Source: a virus (taxonomy: Duplodnaviria > Caudoviricetes). Taken from it: DNA of 64,000 nucleotides. Shown piece after piece: positions 46,125-56,480 of this stretch (positions are counted from its first letter, which is position 1; each line of letters begins with the position of its first letter). The notes under the pieces are model-generated. The model searched no databases and was not told the DNA's origin. It saw only the letters and a list, made by a program, of their open reading frames with translations. Both the position numbers and the translations under genes were made by a program. The DNA lies in IMG/VR virus record IMGVR_UViG_3300031867_000034, positions 1 to 64,000 of that record; one strand, given 5' to 3'.

Positions 46125-46308
46125 TTCTGAAATGAGAATAAAAGCTACCGACTATGTTATGAATGAAGGAAAGCTTTTTACTAAGCAGATTCTTACATGT
46201 CGAAAAAAGGATTGTCCTAACAGTGGTAAAGATGTGAAGACAATCTACACACCTATGATAGTCTCTGAAGACGCTGAGGCTAAAGAAGAGGTTACTGCAT
46301 CCGAATAG
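46105..46308 (+). CDS. Small Zn-ribbon protein
   Basis: CPLC...CRKKDC. Confidence 0.65.
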   Translation: MKCPLCNSEMRIKATDYVMNEGKLFTKQILTCRKKDCPNSGKDVKTIYTPMIVSEDAEAKEEVTASE

Positions 46309-46375
46309 GGTGCTTTTTTTATACCTAAAATTCGCAGTGAATAGCGTAAAAATCCAAAAAAGAAAGGAATTGAAT

Positions 46376-47245
46376 ATGAAAGAAAAAGACCTTTTAGCTA
46401 TGAATCTTCAGTTTTTTGCTGAAGGTGATGAAGCTGAGGCAGAAGGCGCAAACGAGACTGAAGCCGCCGATCAGTCACAGGAAACCGCTGAAGGTACTGA
46501 GACTGTTTCAAATGAAGGCGAACAGACTGAGGAAGCCGCCGAACCTCAAACACAGTCACCAGAAACCAACGCAGCGTTCGCAAATATGCGTAGACAGATG
46601 GAAGCAGCTAATAGAAGACTTGCTGACATTGATGCTATGTATGCGCAACAGTTCGGACAGTATACAAATCCTGAAACCGGACAGCCAATCAGGAGCGCAA
46701 AGGACTATATGGATGCTATGGCAGCCCAGCAGAGAGTACAGGCAAGGGAACAGCTTAAAGCAAACAATATTGATCCTTCCTTGATTGACAACATGATTGC
46801 TAATTCGCCAGCCGTAAGACAGGCAGAAGCAGCAACAGCAGAACTAAATGGAATAAGGGCACAACAGATGATTGAGGCAGACTATATAGAAGTTTTAAAG
46901 TTTGATCCTTCATTGTCAAGCAAAGAGGACATTTTAAATGATCCTTCTTATGTGAGTGTAGTTGATTATGTTCGTACACATCCTGGAATGAGATTTAGTG
47001 ATGCTTATAAACTTGTAAACTTTGACAGGCTTTCAAATTCTAAGAGTGAAGCGGCTAAACAGTCAGCTATAAATCAGGTAAAAAGCAAGAATCACCTTGC
47101 GACAGGTGCCGCACTTAATGTTGGCACAGCTCCGGAGGATATTCCGGCTAATATGTTGGAAACCTTTAAAGAGAGATTTCCTGAAAAGAGTGATAAAGAA
47201 TTGAAAGCCCTATACAACCAGGTGATTAAATCACAGAAAGGGTAA
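46376..47245 (+). CDS. Capsid scaffolding protein
   Basis: MNLQFFAE motif and acidic N-terminus; upstream of the capsid gene. Confidence 0.8.
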   Translation: MKEKDLLAMNLQFFAEGDEAEAEGANETEAADQSQETAEGTETVSNEGEQTEEAAEPQTQSPETNAAFANMRRQMEAANRRLADIDAMYAQQFGQYTNPETGQPIRSAKDYMDAMAAQQRVQAREQLKANNIDPSLIDNMIANSPAVRQAEAATAELNGIRAQQMIEADYIEVLKFDPSLSSKEDILNDPSYVSVVDYVRTHPGMRFSDAYKLVNFDRLSNSKSEAAKQSAINQVKSKNHLATGAALNVGTAPEDIPANMLETFKERFPEKSDKELKALYNQVIKSQKG

Positions 47246-47248
47246 ATT

Positions 47249-48274
47249 ATGGCAGTTACAGTTAGAGATAATACAAAGAATGGCGATCAGTGGAATGAGT
47301 GGGCAACCATCCTTGATGCTAAGATTTATGATGCTGATGCACAGCAGAACAAGTATGATGACCTTGTAAAAGATATTGTAGTAGAAAAGAAGTCTAAGAG
47401 ATGGGGCGAGAAGTCCACAGTAATGGGCGGTCTTGGAGATTACGATATCAAGGACGAAGGTCAGGACGCAGCAGAGGACAGCTACGCAGAGGGCTACGCA
47501 AAATTTATTGCGCACAATACCTTCTCAAAGAGCGTAGTTATCTCAAAGGAAATGAGAGACGATAATCAGTGGGATGAAGCAGAACAGAAGGTTGTTAATC
47601 TTGTTCAGGCTTCTAAGAGAACAAGAGCTAAGTTCGTTACTGCTGCACTTGCTGCTTCAATCGGATCAACAACTACAATGACTTTTGGTGGAAAATCAGG
47701 ACTTGACATTGCTTGCGCTGATGCACTTGCACTTTTCAATTCTGCACATCCTCTTAAGAACGCTGGACAGGGCGTTACACAGGGTAATCATTTCTCAAAT
47801 GTACTCGGCAGCAACACTGTTGTTCTTAACAAGGTTGCTAACGCTATGAGAAACTTCAAGGATGATCGTGGAGAGGTTCTTGGTTTCACAGCAGATACTA
47901 TTATCTGCCCTGGTAATGATCCAGAGTATGAGGATTTCATTAAGAGAGTAATCGGATCTGACGGTGAAGTTGGTTCAAACAACAACGATATCAACACACA
48001 GAGAGGCCGCTGGAAACTCATTGTAAATCCTCTTTGGACACCTACAATCAGTGCAACCAATCATCCTCTTATTATCATGTCAAGCGAAGCTCTTAAGGAA
48101 CTTCAGGGAACAAAGCTTTATAGCCGTACTCCACTTGATGTTGAGAACGAGGTTAAGGTTGAGTCCAGAAACATGGTATACAACGGATTTGAGAGATATT
48201 CTCTTGCATTCACAAACTGGCGCCATGTTGCACTTATCGGATCATCTGATGCTGATGCTCAGGCTCTTGCTTGA
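47249..48274 (+). CDS. Major capsid protein (phage B)
   Basis: 341 aa; ADALALFNSAHPL motif; highly biased codons; followed by a terminator. Confidence 0.85.
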   Translation: MAVTVRDNTKNGDQWNEWATILDAKIYDADAQQNKYDDLVKDIVVEKKSKRWGEKSTVMGGLGDYDIKDEGQDAAEDSYAEGYAKFIAHNTFSKSVVISKEMRDDNQWDEAEQKVVNLVQASKRTRAKFVTAALAASIGSTTTMTFGGKSGLDIACADALALFNSAHPLKNAGQGVTQGNHFSNVLGSNTVVLNKVANAMRNFKDDRGEVLGFTADTIICPGNDPEYEDFIKRVIGSDGEVGSNNNDINTQRGRWKLIVNPLWTPTISATNHPLIIMSSEALKELQGTKLYSRTPLDVENEVKVESRNMVYNGFERYSLAFTNWRHVALIGSSDADAQALA

Positions 48275-48501
48275 TCTGTAAGAAATGTTTAGGGGCCGGA
48301 TTAAATTCCGGCTCCTTTATTAATAGGAGAAAAGACATGTTAAAAGTTGGAGATAGGCTAACAGTTGATGGACAGCTCGTAGAAGTTACCTATGTAATGA
48401 ATGAGAAGTCTTATGGTTATAAGCCTGTTAAGGAAGAAAAAACTGTTGAAACTGAGACAGAGGAAATAGCTCCCAAAAGGAGAAAAAGAAAGGTATAAAG
48501 C

Positions 48502-49470
48502 ATGACTACCTGGTTTGATATAAAGTTTACAACTTTACAGAAAATGTTTTCCATTACAGGATCACAGAAAACTATTCCTAATGATTCTGCGACAATGGAA
48601 TATGTTAATGCTATGCCACAGGCATGTAATGAGGCGCTTCAGCTTCTTTCTACTTCTGGAAAATTCATCATAAAGGAATACCAATATGTGAATTATCCTT
48701 TTGAGAACATGCTTGGTAAGGATATGTTTCTGACATACTCCATAGTAAATGATTATAAAATCTTTTCAGTTGATGGGGCTAAGGCATATTATTTTAAGAT
48801 ATTCGGTAAACCTACTTCCTGTAAGCTTTATGTCGGTGATAAAGAGGTTATAAACTTCTATCCTGAAGACAATACGATTGATTCTAAAGTCTTTACTACA
48901 TTCAAGGGTAACATTACTTATCCTGCTTGGGGAGAAGATGAAGAGGAAAGCACCATTGTTAAGATTGTGATAGAGGCTAAAACCCCTGTTAATGTGACAA
49001 ATATGTGCTTTTATGACTGCGAGTTTGAGTCTGATAATGACGTACCACAGTATGAAAAGTATATCAAGATAAAGATGGATGATGTTCTGTCAGACTTCTA
49101 CCAGCTTGCACCGGCTGAGTTATATGATCTTGGCATGTCTGGTGATGATTATATTGTGGCTAATAAATATTTTCAGGAAGCAGACAAGACGCTTGTTATT
49201 CCTAGAAGTGAACAGGGAATATTTATTATTCACTATAGAGCATATCCACAGCAGATTACTTTAGAGACACCTGATGATGAAGAATTATCACTTGATCCGG
49301 AAGTCGCTGCATTACTTCCTTTATATATGGCTTCACAGCTATATAAAGATGATGATAACGCTATAGCTACAATTTACAGAAATGAATTTGAGGTAGGGCG
49401 TGACGCATTATCGCAAGGGGCATTGATACCTAAAAAAGAAAAATTTGTAACGTCTAGTGGGTGGGCATAA
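48502..49470 (+). CDS. Head-tail adaptor (tubular A-like)
   Basis: LLPLYMASQLYKDDD motif; synteny. Confidence 0.65.
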   Translation: MTTWFDIKFTTLQKMFSITGSQKTIPNDSATMEYVNAMPQACNEALQLLSTSGKFIIKEYQYVNYPFENMLGKDMFLTYSIVNDYKIFSVDGAKAYYFKIFGKPTSCKLYVGDKEVINFYPEDNTIDSKVFTTFKGNITYPAWGEDEEESTIVKIVIEAKTPVNVTNMCFYDCEFESDNDVPQYEKYIKIKMDDVLSDFYQLAPAELYDLGMSGDDYIVANKYFQEADKTLVIPRSEQGIFIIHYRAYPQQITLETPDDEELSLDPEVAALLPLYMASQLYKDDDNAIATIYRNEFEVGRDALSQGALIPKKEKFVTSSGWA

Positions 49471-51467
49471 TGGCTATTACATTTAATATTCCTTCAAGTC
49501 CAGCTAAACAAGTTTATCAAAGTGAGAATTTTCTTGGAGCAGATTTTACTTCTGAAGCTTCTACTGTAGATGATACTAAATCACCTAATGTAGAAAACAT
49601 GATAAGATCTGTTCCAGGCAAAATCCGGAAAAGGATGGGCTATAAGCTGTTTGCTGATTATGGCGAATGTATCTATGGTGTTCACCATCTTTCAACAACA
49701 GATGTATGGCTTATTCATGCTGGTAATAAACTTTATAATTTGACAGCGCCAAAAGGTTCTAAGTGGATAGATCATGTGAACAACTATATTGTGGATCATG
49801 ATACACCACCAAACAATATCCTTTTTCAGACTGGTGATGTAAGCATTACTCTTGTTTATACCGGAATGGCTGAGCATAGATCTGTTAGTTTTCAGCTTAA
49901 TCAGAAATTGGTTATCCTTGATGGAACAAAGATAAGAGTATATGACGGAAGTACTGTTCAGCCTATAGAAGATATTGCTTATATTCCTACACTTACTATT
50001 GCTAAGGATTATACTGGTGGTGGTACGGATTATGAGCCGCTTAATCTTTTGCAACCAGCATTTATAGAACTGTTCTATGTTAAAAGCGATCAGGCCAGTG
50101 TTAAGACGTTTCAATTATCATTTGGCGATCTTGACTCTACAACAGTAAAAGCATGGCTTCTAGATAGTAATGGTAATTGGGTTGAAAAGACAGAAGGTAC
50201 ACATTTTAGTGTTAATAGATCAACAGGAGTTGTTACCTTTACCGCTGCGCCAGGGGCAAGTCCTATAACCGGTGAAGATAATGTAAAAATACAGGCTTAT
50301 CGTACTGTTAGTGGTTATGCTGACAGAATAAACCATTGTACTATTGGTGCTATGTTCGGTGTTAATGGTGCTGGTGATAGGCTGTTTGTATCAGGTAATC
50401 CGGATCAGGGTGTTAATTCTGATGGTGACTTATATACCTTTATCAATTGTGACTGGTGGAGTCAGCAATATGATCCTACTTATTTTGCTGATGTGTGGTA
50501 TTCAAAACTTGGTTCAGATACTTCCGCAATTATGGGATATTCAATCATAAACAACTACCTTGCAGCACATAAAGATAGTAATGAGCTTACACAGTCAATA
50601 CTTATTCGTGAAGGCGATCTTGTAGATGATGAACCAGTATTCAAGTTAATAAATACTCTTCAGGGAGCCGGAGCTATTTCTAAGTATTGTTTTTCATACT
50701 TGGCAACAGAGCCGGTTTTTTTGACTCGATTAGGAATATTTGCTGTTACTGCACAGGATATAACCGGTGAAAAATATGCACAGGACAGAAGCTATTATCT
50801 TGAAGGAAAACTTTTGAAAGAGGACAACTTAGAGAATGCTATAGCTTATTCCTGGAAAGATTATTATATGTTGGCAATAAACGATCATTTATATATTCTT
50901 GATGGTTTGCAGCCAATACATACAGATAGATCTAGGCCATATGCTACTAGACAGTACGTAGGATTTTACTTTACAAATATTCCAGCTAATACAATCTTTG
51001 AAATCAATGGAGATTTATACTTTGGATCTTCTGATGGAAAAGTATTTAAGTGGTATACGGATGATAAAGCCTTGGATTCCTACAATGATAATGGTGAAGC
51101 AATAAGAGCCGTATGGGAAACAGCAGATATATCAGAAAAGTTATTTTATAAGAAGAAAACCTATAGATATGTAGCTTTAAGATGTATGCCAGAGATTGCT
51201 TCTTCTGTTCAGATATGGGCGCAGAAGGAAGGTCAATGGACAGAGCTTAAGGATGATAAGTCAACTCTTAAGTATTTCTCTTATGAAAACTTACAGTATT
51301 CCAAGTTGACATATTCCTGTAATAGAACTCAAAAAGTTACAGCTACAAAGATAAGGCTTAAGAAACTGGACCATGTGAGATTTAGATTTATAAATGATCT
51401 GTTGAATGAGCCTTTAGGCATAAATGATTTTGCTGTTGAATACACACAGGCCGGAAATGTTAGATAA
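49470..51467 (+). CDS. Tail nozzle / DNA stabilisation protein (P22 gp10 or T7 gp12-like)
   Basis: F.GADF, beta-propeller-like repeats, RLFVSGNP; synteny. Confidence 0.75.
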   Translation: MAITFNIPSSPAKQVYQSENFLGADFTSEASTVDDTKSPNVENMIRSVPGKIRKRMGYKLFADYGECIYGVHHLSTTDVWLIHAGNKLYNLTAPKGSKWIDHVNNYIVDHDTPPNNILFQTGDVSITLVYTGMAEHRSVSFQLNQKLVILDGTKIRVYDGSTVQPIEDIAYIPTLTIAKDYTGGGTDYEPLNLLQPAFIELFYVKSDQASVKTFQLSFGDLDSTTVKAWLLDSNGNWVEKTEGTHFSVNRSTGVVTFTAAPGASPITGEDNVKIQAYRTVSGYADRINHCTIGAMFGVNGAGDRLFVSGNPDQGVNSDGDLYTFINCDWWSQQYDPTYFADVWYSKLGSDTSAIMGYSIINNYLAAHKDSNELTQSILIREGDLVDDEPVFKLINTLQGAGAISKYCFSYLATEPVFLTRLGIFAVTAQDITGEKYAQDRSYYLEGKLLKEDNLENAIAYSWKDYYMLAINDHLYILDGLQPIHTDRSRPYATRQYVGFYFTNIPANTIFEINGDLYFGSSDGKVFKWYTDDKALDSYNDNGEAIRAVWETADISEKLFYKKKTYRYVALRCMPEIASSVQIWAQKEGQWTELKDDKSTLKYFSYENLQYSKLTYSCNRTQKVTATKIRLKKLDHVRFRFINDLLNEPLGINDFAVEYTQAGNVR

Positions 51468-51479
51468 TGGAGGTATAAG

Positions 51480-52079
51480 ATGGCTTTTGAAAAAATAAAG
51501 GATTCTGAGAGAACTGGAAAAGGTAATGTTGGACTTCCAGATACACCGGCGCTTACAACCTCAGAAATGCAAGAACAGATGGATTCACTACCAAATCTTG
51601 CACTTGATAAATTAAATGAACTTATTGACGCTTTGAATGTAGAAACAGCGGCAGTTAATATTGGGGCTTCTGTCCCTACAGGAATTAGCGCTCAACCTAA
51701 CATACAGTCTATTTTAAATGCTATGGTACTAAATTTAGCGTTGAATACTCAGAGTAGACATACTCATGCTAATAAATCTGCATTGGATAGTATTACACAG
51801 GAAGCGCTTGATGATTATAACAGATTATCTATGCTGCTTACTGCAATACTTTCAGTAGAAACAACTATTACAAAAAATAATACTGCTGTTCCTACTTCCG
51901 GTGCAGTGGTGGATTTTGTAGATACTTATGATTTCAAAGCGAAAATATTAGCTACTGCTTATCCTGTAGGTTGCGTGTTTAGTACTACAGGGACAAGTCC
52001 AACAACATTATTTGGTGGAACATGGAACCTTGTAGATACAGACGATCAAGGAATTAAAAGATATGTTCGTACAGCTTAA
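51480..52079 (+). CDS. Virion structural hypothetical protein
   Basis: AYPVGCVF..T motif of baseplate-type domains. Confidence 0.55.
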   Translation: MAFEKIKDSERTGKGNVGLPDTPALTTSEMQEQMDSLPNLALDKLNELIDALNVETAAVNIGASVPTGISAQPNIQSILNAMVLNLALNTQSRHTHANKSALDSITQEALDDYNRLSMLLTAILSVETTITKNNTAVPTSGAVVDFVDTYDFKAKILATAYPVGCVFSTTGTSPTTLFGGTWNLVDTDDQGIKRYVRTA

Positions 52080-52090
52080 GGAGGTACAAA

Positions 52091-52975
52091 ATGTCTGATA
52101 TTGCGATTAGCTCATTACCAACGATAACTACTGTAGGAGATAATTATTATATTCCAGTAGATGATGGTTCGACTTCTAGTAAAATAACAGTCAAAAAATT
52201 CAATGAAACAGGGGCAAGTTCAGCGGCACAGTCAGCGGCTGCAGCGGCTCAATCTGCTTCAGATGCAGATGATGCTAAGGTTGCTGCTGTTCAGGCTAAA
52301 AATGATACACAGGCACTTATTAGTTCTGCTCAGACTATTGTTTCTGATGCTCAGACATATGCAAATAGCGCTTCTAGTAGTGCTAATACAGCAACTACAG
52401 GAGCAAATACAGCTACAGCACAGGCAGCTATAGCAACACAGGCAGCTACACAGGCTGGTACTTATGCTCAGAACGTTGATAGTTTTGCTAAGACAGCTAA
52501 ATCATGGGCTGTCGGAGGGACCGGCACAAGACAGCAAGAGGACACGGATAATTCGCAGTATTACTCACGGCAAGCTCATAACGCAGAAATAAATGCTTCT
52601 GCTAGTGAACAGGCGGCAGCTACTTCCGAAAGTAACGCAGCGACTTATGCTTCAAGCGCTGGTACTTCAGAGAATAATGCAAGTAGTTATAAGGACGCAG
52701 CAGCTAATAGCGCAGCAGCGGCAGCCGGATATGCTTCTAATGCAAACACTTCAAGAGGAATAGCGCAGAACTCAGCCAATGACGCAGCAAGCGCTAAAAC
52801 AGATGCAGAACAGGCAGCCTTAGATGCACAGAACGCTTTAGCAAGTATAAATGCAATTATTGGCGATCCGCAATTTACAGTGGATTTCAACACTGGATTG
52901 TTAATGTATAACTCAAATACATTTACATTCCTGATAAACACAACAACAGGCAACTTAGAATGGGAGGTAGCTTAA
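52091..52975 (+). CDS. Ala/Ser-rich coiled-coil tail fibre protein
   Basis: SAAxA repeats; AKSWAVGGTGTR..EDTDNSQYYS motif. Confidence 0.7.
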   Translation: MSDIAISSLPTITTVGDNYYIPVDDGSTSSKITVKKFNETGASSAAQSAAAAAQSASDADDAKVAAVQAKNDTQALISSAQTIVSDAQTYANSASSSANTATTGANTATAQAAIATQAATQAGTYAQNVDSFAKTAKSWAVGGTGTRQQEDTDNSQYYSRQAHNAEINASASEQAAATSESNAATYASSAGTSENNASSYKDAAANSAAAAAGYASNANTSRGIAQNSANDAASAKTDAEQAALDAQNALASINAIIGDPQFTVDFNTGLLMYNSNTFTFLINTTTGNLEWEVA

Positions 52976-52976
52976 A

Positions 52977-55094
52977 ATGATTAGTGCCGGAAGAGTTTTA
53001 CTTATGCCAAAAGGCGATTATGATCCTACCACTACTTATGAAATGCTTGATATTGTTTCATATAACGGAAGTTCATATATCGCAAAAAGCACAACAATAG
53101 GTAACTTGCCAACGAACACAACATATTGGCAGTTATCAGCATATGGGGGACAGGCCGCCAATCTTGCTGGAAACTTTGCACCACTTGAAACAACAGAGTA
53201 TGCGTCAAGGGCATATGCGATTGATGATATCTTTGTTGACAAGGATAGCCAGTTAGTAATTGCGACAACGACAATTAATATTGGTGACGAAATAGAGATT
53301 GGCTCTAATTGTGATGCAACAACCATGGCTGAACTTTTAGATGCCATTGAAAATCGCTATGATGCGTTAGATCAGAGGAATAGAAAGTTAGTCGGAATTA
53401 ACCCTATTACTATACAGACAGACCTTCATCTACTTGCTCCTGGTGAATATTTCAAGAAACTCACAAACTTTTATGTAACCAATGCTCCTACTGGAATAAA
53501 TCAGGTTCCTGCCGCAATATTTAGACTGACAGTTGAAAGCGGCCTTGACGAAAGCGGTTCCTCGCTGCTTCTTACCTTAAGGACAATAGAGGGTGAAATC
53601 TATACACAGGCTTATGATGGTTCAGTATGGAGTGATTGGAGAAAGGCCGGTGACGTTGATAGTTCCGATCTTGGAACCGCCGCAGCAAAGGATAGTACCA
53701 ATGAAGTAACAAGCGATAGCACAGACCTTGTAGAGTCAGGTGCAGTTTATACGGAAATTCAGACTTTAACGAACCAAGTTAAAGATATGAATAATGTGCT
53801 TGGAGCGAAGAACATCTTACCGGATAACTATAAAACACAAACATTAGGAAACACTGTTGAAATAACTGCATTAGGTGAAGGAGCTTTTAAAGTTAATGGA
53901 ACAGCTAATGCCACTGGGAATTATCAAGTGTTACCTGCTTGGAACTATTCAACAAATGCTTTTAAAAAGTATGTGGGAAAAGAAGTTATTCTATCCGCAA
54001 CTAATAGTGATATTGTGCCAGTAGGAGTATTCCTTGTTGATAGTAATAATTCAACACTTGTTAATCTAAATACGTGGGGAAATGAGAAGAAAACTGTTCT
54101 TGATGGAAGTGTAAAATATAGTGTTTATATACAGCTTACAAGCGGTACAACATATGACAATGTTATCGTTAGGCCTATGATCCGCCTTGCATCAATACAG
54201 GATGATACCTATGTTCCATACTCTATGACAAACCAAGAAATAACACCTTATGTGCAGGCTATATCAAATCCTAACCTCTTAGATAATCCTTGGTTTACTG
54301 TGAATCAGAGGGGAGAGAGTAGTTATACACAAGAGACATCTTATGCTTATACTGTAGATAGATGGCAAATGTACAACATGGCATTAAGTGTCTTGAGTGA
54401 TGGAATAACATTGACACCGAACGCCTCAACACTTTGTGTTTTTTCTCAGTCTATTGAAAATTTTGATGAATTAATAGGAAAAACAGTGACCATTTCAGCT
54501 GTAATTAATGGTCAACTATACTCAGCAACCGGAATTTTTCCATCTAAGCCATCATCTGGTGAGAATAAAATTAGCGTTTCTTTTGGATTAAATAGATTAC
54601 AATTAACGTTTAATGCTTCAAACAGTTATCCAAAATTTGAAATAGTAACTTACGATACAACAGCAATTTCTATCAAAGCCGTCAAACTTGAATTAGGCTC
54701 AGTATCAACTCTTGCAATGGACACAGCACCAAACTATGCAACAGAGTTGTTGAAATGTCAGAGGTATTTTAACGCTATAAAAACAAGTAGTAGCCAAAAT
54801 GATTGGTTTGCAATAGGATTAGCAGTTAGTGGTTCTGCTGACTTTGTCTTGAACGTACCTCCAATGAGGACAGTACCTACAGTGACTTATAATAATTTGT
54901 CTGTTTCAGATGGAAGAGTTCCAGTAAAAGCAATAACTGCTGTTAGAACAATTCATGCTGACATCAATAATCAAGCAATACATTTTCCTGTAAATTATGA
55001 CAATAGTTCGCCTTATTCTGAAAGTACATTACCAGTAGGATTACGGGGTGAAGCTGGCGGTAATTCATATATATATCTATCAGCAGACCTATAA
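52977..55094 (+). CDS. Tail fibre / receptor-binding protein
   Basis: KGDYDPTTTYEMLDIV N-terminus; NPNLLDNPWF.VNQRG; VKLELG...YATELLKCQRYF. Confidence 0.8.
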   Translation: MISAGRVLLMPKGDYDPTTTYEMLDIVSYNGSSYIAKSTTIGNLPTNTTYWQLSAYGGQAANLAGNFAPLETTEYASRAYAIDDIFVDKDSQLVIATTTINIGDEIEIGSNCDATTMAELLDAIENRYDALDQRNRKLVGINPITIQTDLHLLAPGEYFKKLTNFYVTNAPTGINQVPAAIFRLTVESGLDESGSSLLLTLRTIEGEIYTQAYDGSVWSDWRKAGDVDSSDLGTAAAKDSTNEVTSDSTDLVESGAVYTEIQTLTNQVKDMNNVLGAKNILPDNYKTQTLGNTVEITALGEGAFKVNGTANATGNYQVLPAWNYSTNAFKKYVGKEVILSATNSDIVPVGVFLVDSNNSTLVNLNTWGNEKKTVLDGSVKYSVYIQLTSGTTYDNVIVRPMIRLASIQDDTYVPYSMTNQEITPYVQAISNPNLLDNPWFTVNQRGESSYTQETSYAYTVDRWQMYNMALSVLSDGITLTPNASTLCVFSQSIENFDELIGKTVTISAVINGQLYSATGIFPSKPSSGENKISVSFGLNRLQLTFNASNSYPKFEIVTYDTTAISIKAVKLELGSVSTLAMDTAPNYATELLKCQRYFNAIKTSSSQNDWFAIGLAVSGSADFVLNVPPMRTVPTVTYNNLSVSDGRVPVKAITAVRTIHADINNQAIHFPVNYDNSSPYSESTLPVGLRGEAGGNSYIYLSADL

Positions 55095-55111
55095 GAAAGG
55101 AGTTCTATATT

Positions 55112-55399
55112 ATGGAAGAAATCTTACAAGAAATAGAAGAACCTAAGTCAAGAGTATTTATACTCACAGACGATAACAACAGAATAACAAGGATTGAGGG
55201 AGAATACACACTCCCTCAAGACCTTACAAATTGGATTCAGATAGATGAGGGCTATGGCGATAAGTACAACCTAGCACAGACTCACTACCTCGAAAAAGGC
55301 TTAACAACAGATGATGGCATTTATCAGTATAAGTACGAAAACGAAGAAGTTGCAGAGCGTACAGAGGAAGAAATTGATGCTGATAGAAAAAGCAGGTAG
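55112..55399 (+). CDS. Tail fibre assembly/chaperone protein (probably C-terminally truncated)
   Basis: WIQIDEGYGDKYNLAQTHYL motif; ends abruptly in ADRKSR. Confidence 0.6.
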   Translation: MEEILQEIEEPKSRVFILTDDNNRITRIEGEYTLPQDLTNWIQIDEGYGDKYNLAQTHYLEKGLTTDDGIYQYKYENEEVAERTEEEIDADRKSR

Positions 55400-55470
55400 C
55401 ACAGTTCGTTATCAAAGAAGTAATCACAACAGAGGAATACAAGGAGATTACAGGTGAGGATTACGAATAA
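55396..55470 (+). pseudogene. XkdX-like remnant lacking its N-terminus
   Basis: Frame reads VAQFVIKEVITTEEYKEITGEDYE*, but has an in-frame TAG at 55384 and no start codon. Confidence 0.55.
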
Positions 55471-55957
55471 GACAGCTAAGTGGATTATTATAATTTATAC
55501 AATCATAGTATCTGTGATTATCTTTTCTTTGCCTGTCGAAGCAACAGAGTTTCCTGAGTTGTCACAAGAGGCAAAAGAGAAATATATCACTAACCTCACA
55601 AATTGCATATCAAAAGAGCTTGAATTACAGACCACTCCTAAACTTTATTTTTACAGTTGTGAAGAGTGGCCTGTGATAGCCAGCTACTATGACGGACTAG
55701 ATTACATTTATGTGAATATTGGTGCTATAACTTCTTATGAAGAGGCAGTAAAAACAATTGCGCATGAAATTCGCCATGATTACCAATATGAACACATGAA
55801 TGATGATACAGACTATGGAAGAGCTGTAAAAGCAAATAAGCAAAATTATGTGTCCTACTATAATGATTTAGAGGCATATAACAATCAGTTCATAGAACAG
55901 GATGCAAAAGACTATGCTGACGGCTACACAAAGAAATATTTTAACTTAGTTCGTTAA
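55454..55957 (+). CDS. Membrane-anchored zincin metallopeptidase
   Basis: N-terminal TM; IAHEIRH (HExxH) plus downstream E.DA. Confidence 0.7.
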   Translation: MRITNKTAKWIIIIYTIIVSVIIFSLPVEATEFPELSQEAKEKYITNLTNCISKELELQTTPKLYFYSCEEWPVIASYYDGLDYIYVNIGAITSYEEAVKTIAHEIRHDYQYEHMNDDTDYGRAVKANKQNYVSYYNDLEAYNNQFIEQDAKDYADGYTKKYFNLVR

Positions 55958-56042
55958 AGGTTACATTTTTTTACGAAGCAAATCAATTCATTTTTGGGGG
56001 CTATCATTCAAAGTGGTAGCTCCTTTTTATTGGAGGCGTAGC

Positions 56043-56480
56043 ATGAAAAACGGTCAAGTATTATCTATGGTTCTTGGAGTATTGGGAGCATTCTTTACAA
56101 CATTATTTGGGGGTTGGGACACTGGGTTGGCTACACTAATAATATTTATGGCAATAGACTACATTACCGGATTGATCGTAGCTGGTGTATTTAAACAGAG
56201 TAGAAAATCAGAATCAGGAGCACTTGAAAGTAAAGCCGGTTGGAAAGGGTTATGCAGAAAATGTGTAACTCTTTTATTTGTTCTGATTGCATATCGGTTG
56301 GATCTTCTTATTGGTACAGCATATATACGTGATGCAGTTATCATAGCTTTTTGTGCTAATGAGCTGATATCTATTGTTGAGAATGCTGGTCTTATGGGTA
56401 TTCCGTTACCGGCAGTTATTACAAAGGCAATTGAAGTGCTAAGGAGTAAGGCTGATTTTGAGGATGAAGCACATGAATGA
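56043..56480 (+). CDS. Holin (toxin-secretion/phage-lysis family)
   Basis: DYITGL, S..GWKGL.RK, NE.ISIVENAGLMGIP motifs. Confidence 0.9.
   Translation: MKNGQVLSMVLGVLGAFFTTLFGGWDTGLATLIIFMAIDYITGLIVAGVFKQSRKSESGALESKAGWKGLCRKCVTLLFVLIAYRLDLLIGTAYIRDAVIIAFCANELISIVENAGLMGIPLPAVITKAIEVLRSKADFEDEAHE

Noticed and set aside
52977-55094. Diversity-generating retroelement acting on the tail fibre
   Set aside because: No reverse transcriptase ORF and no TR/VR pair with adenine-specific mismatches seen in the window. The part of phage B outside the window cannot be excluded.
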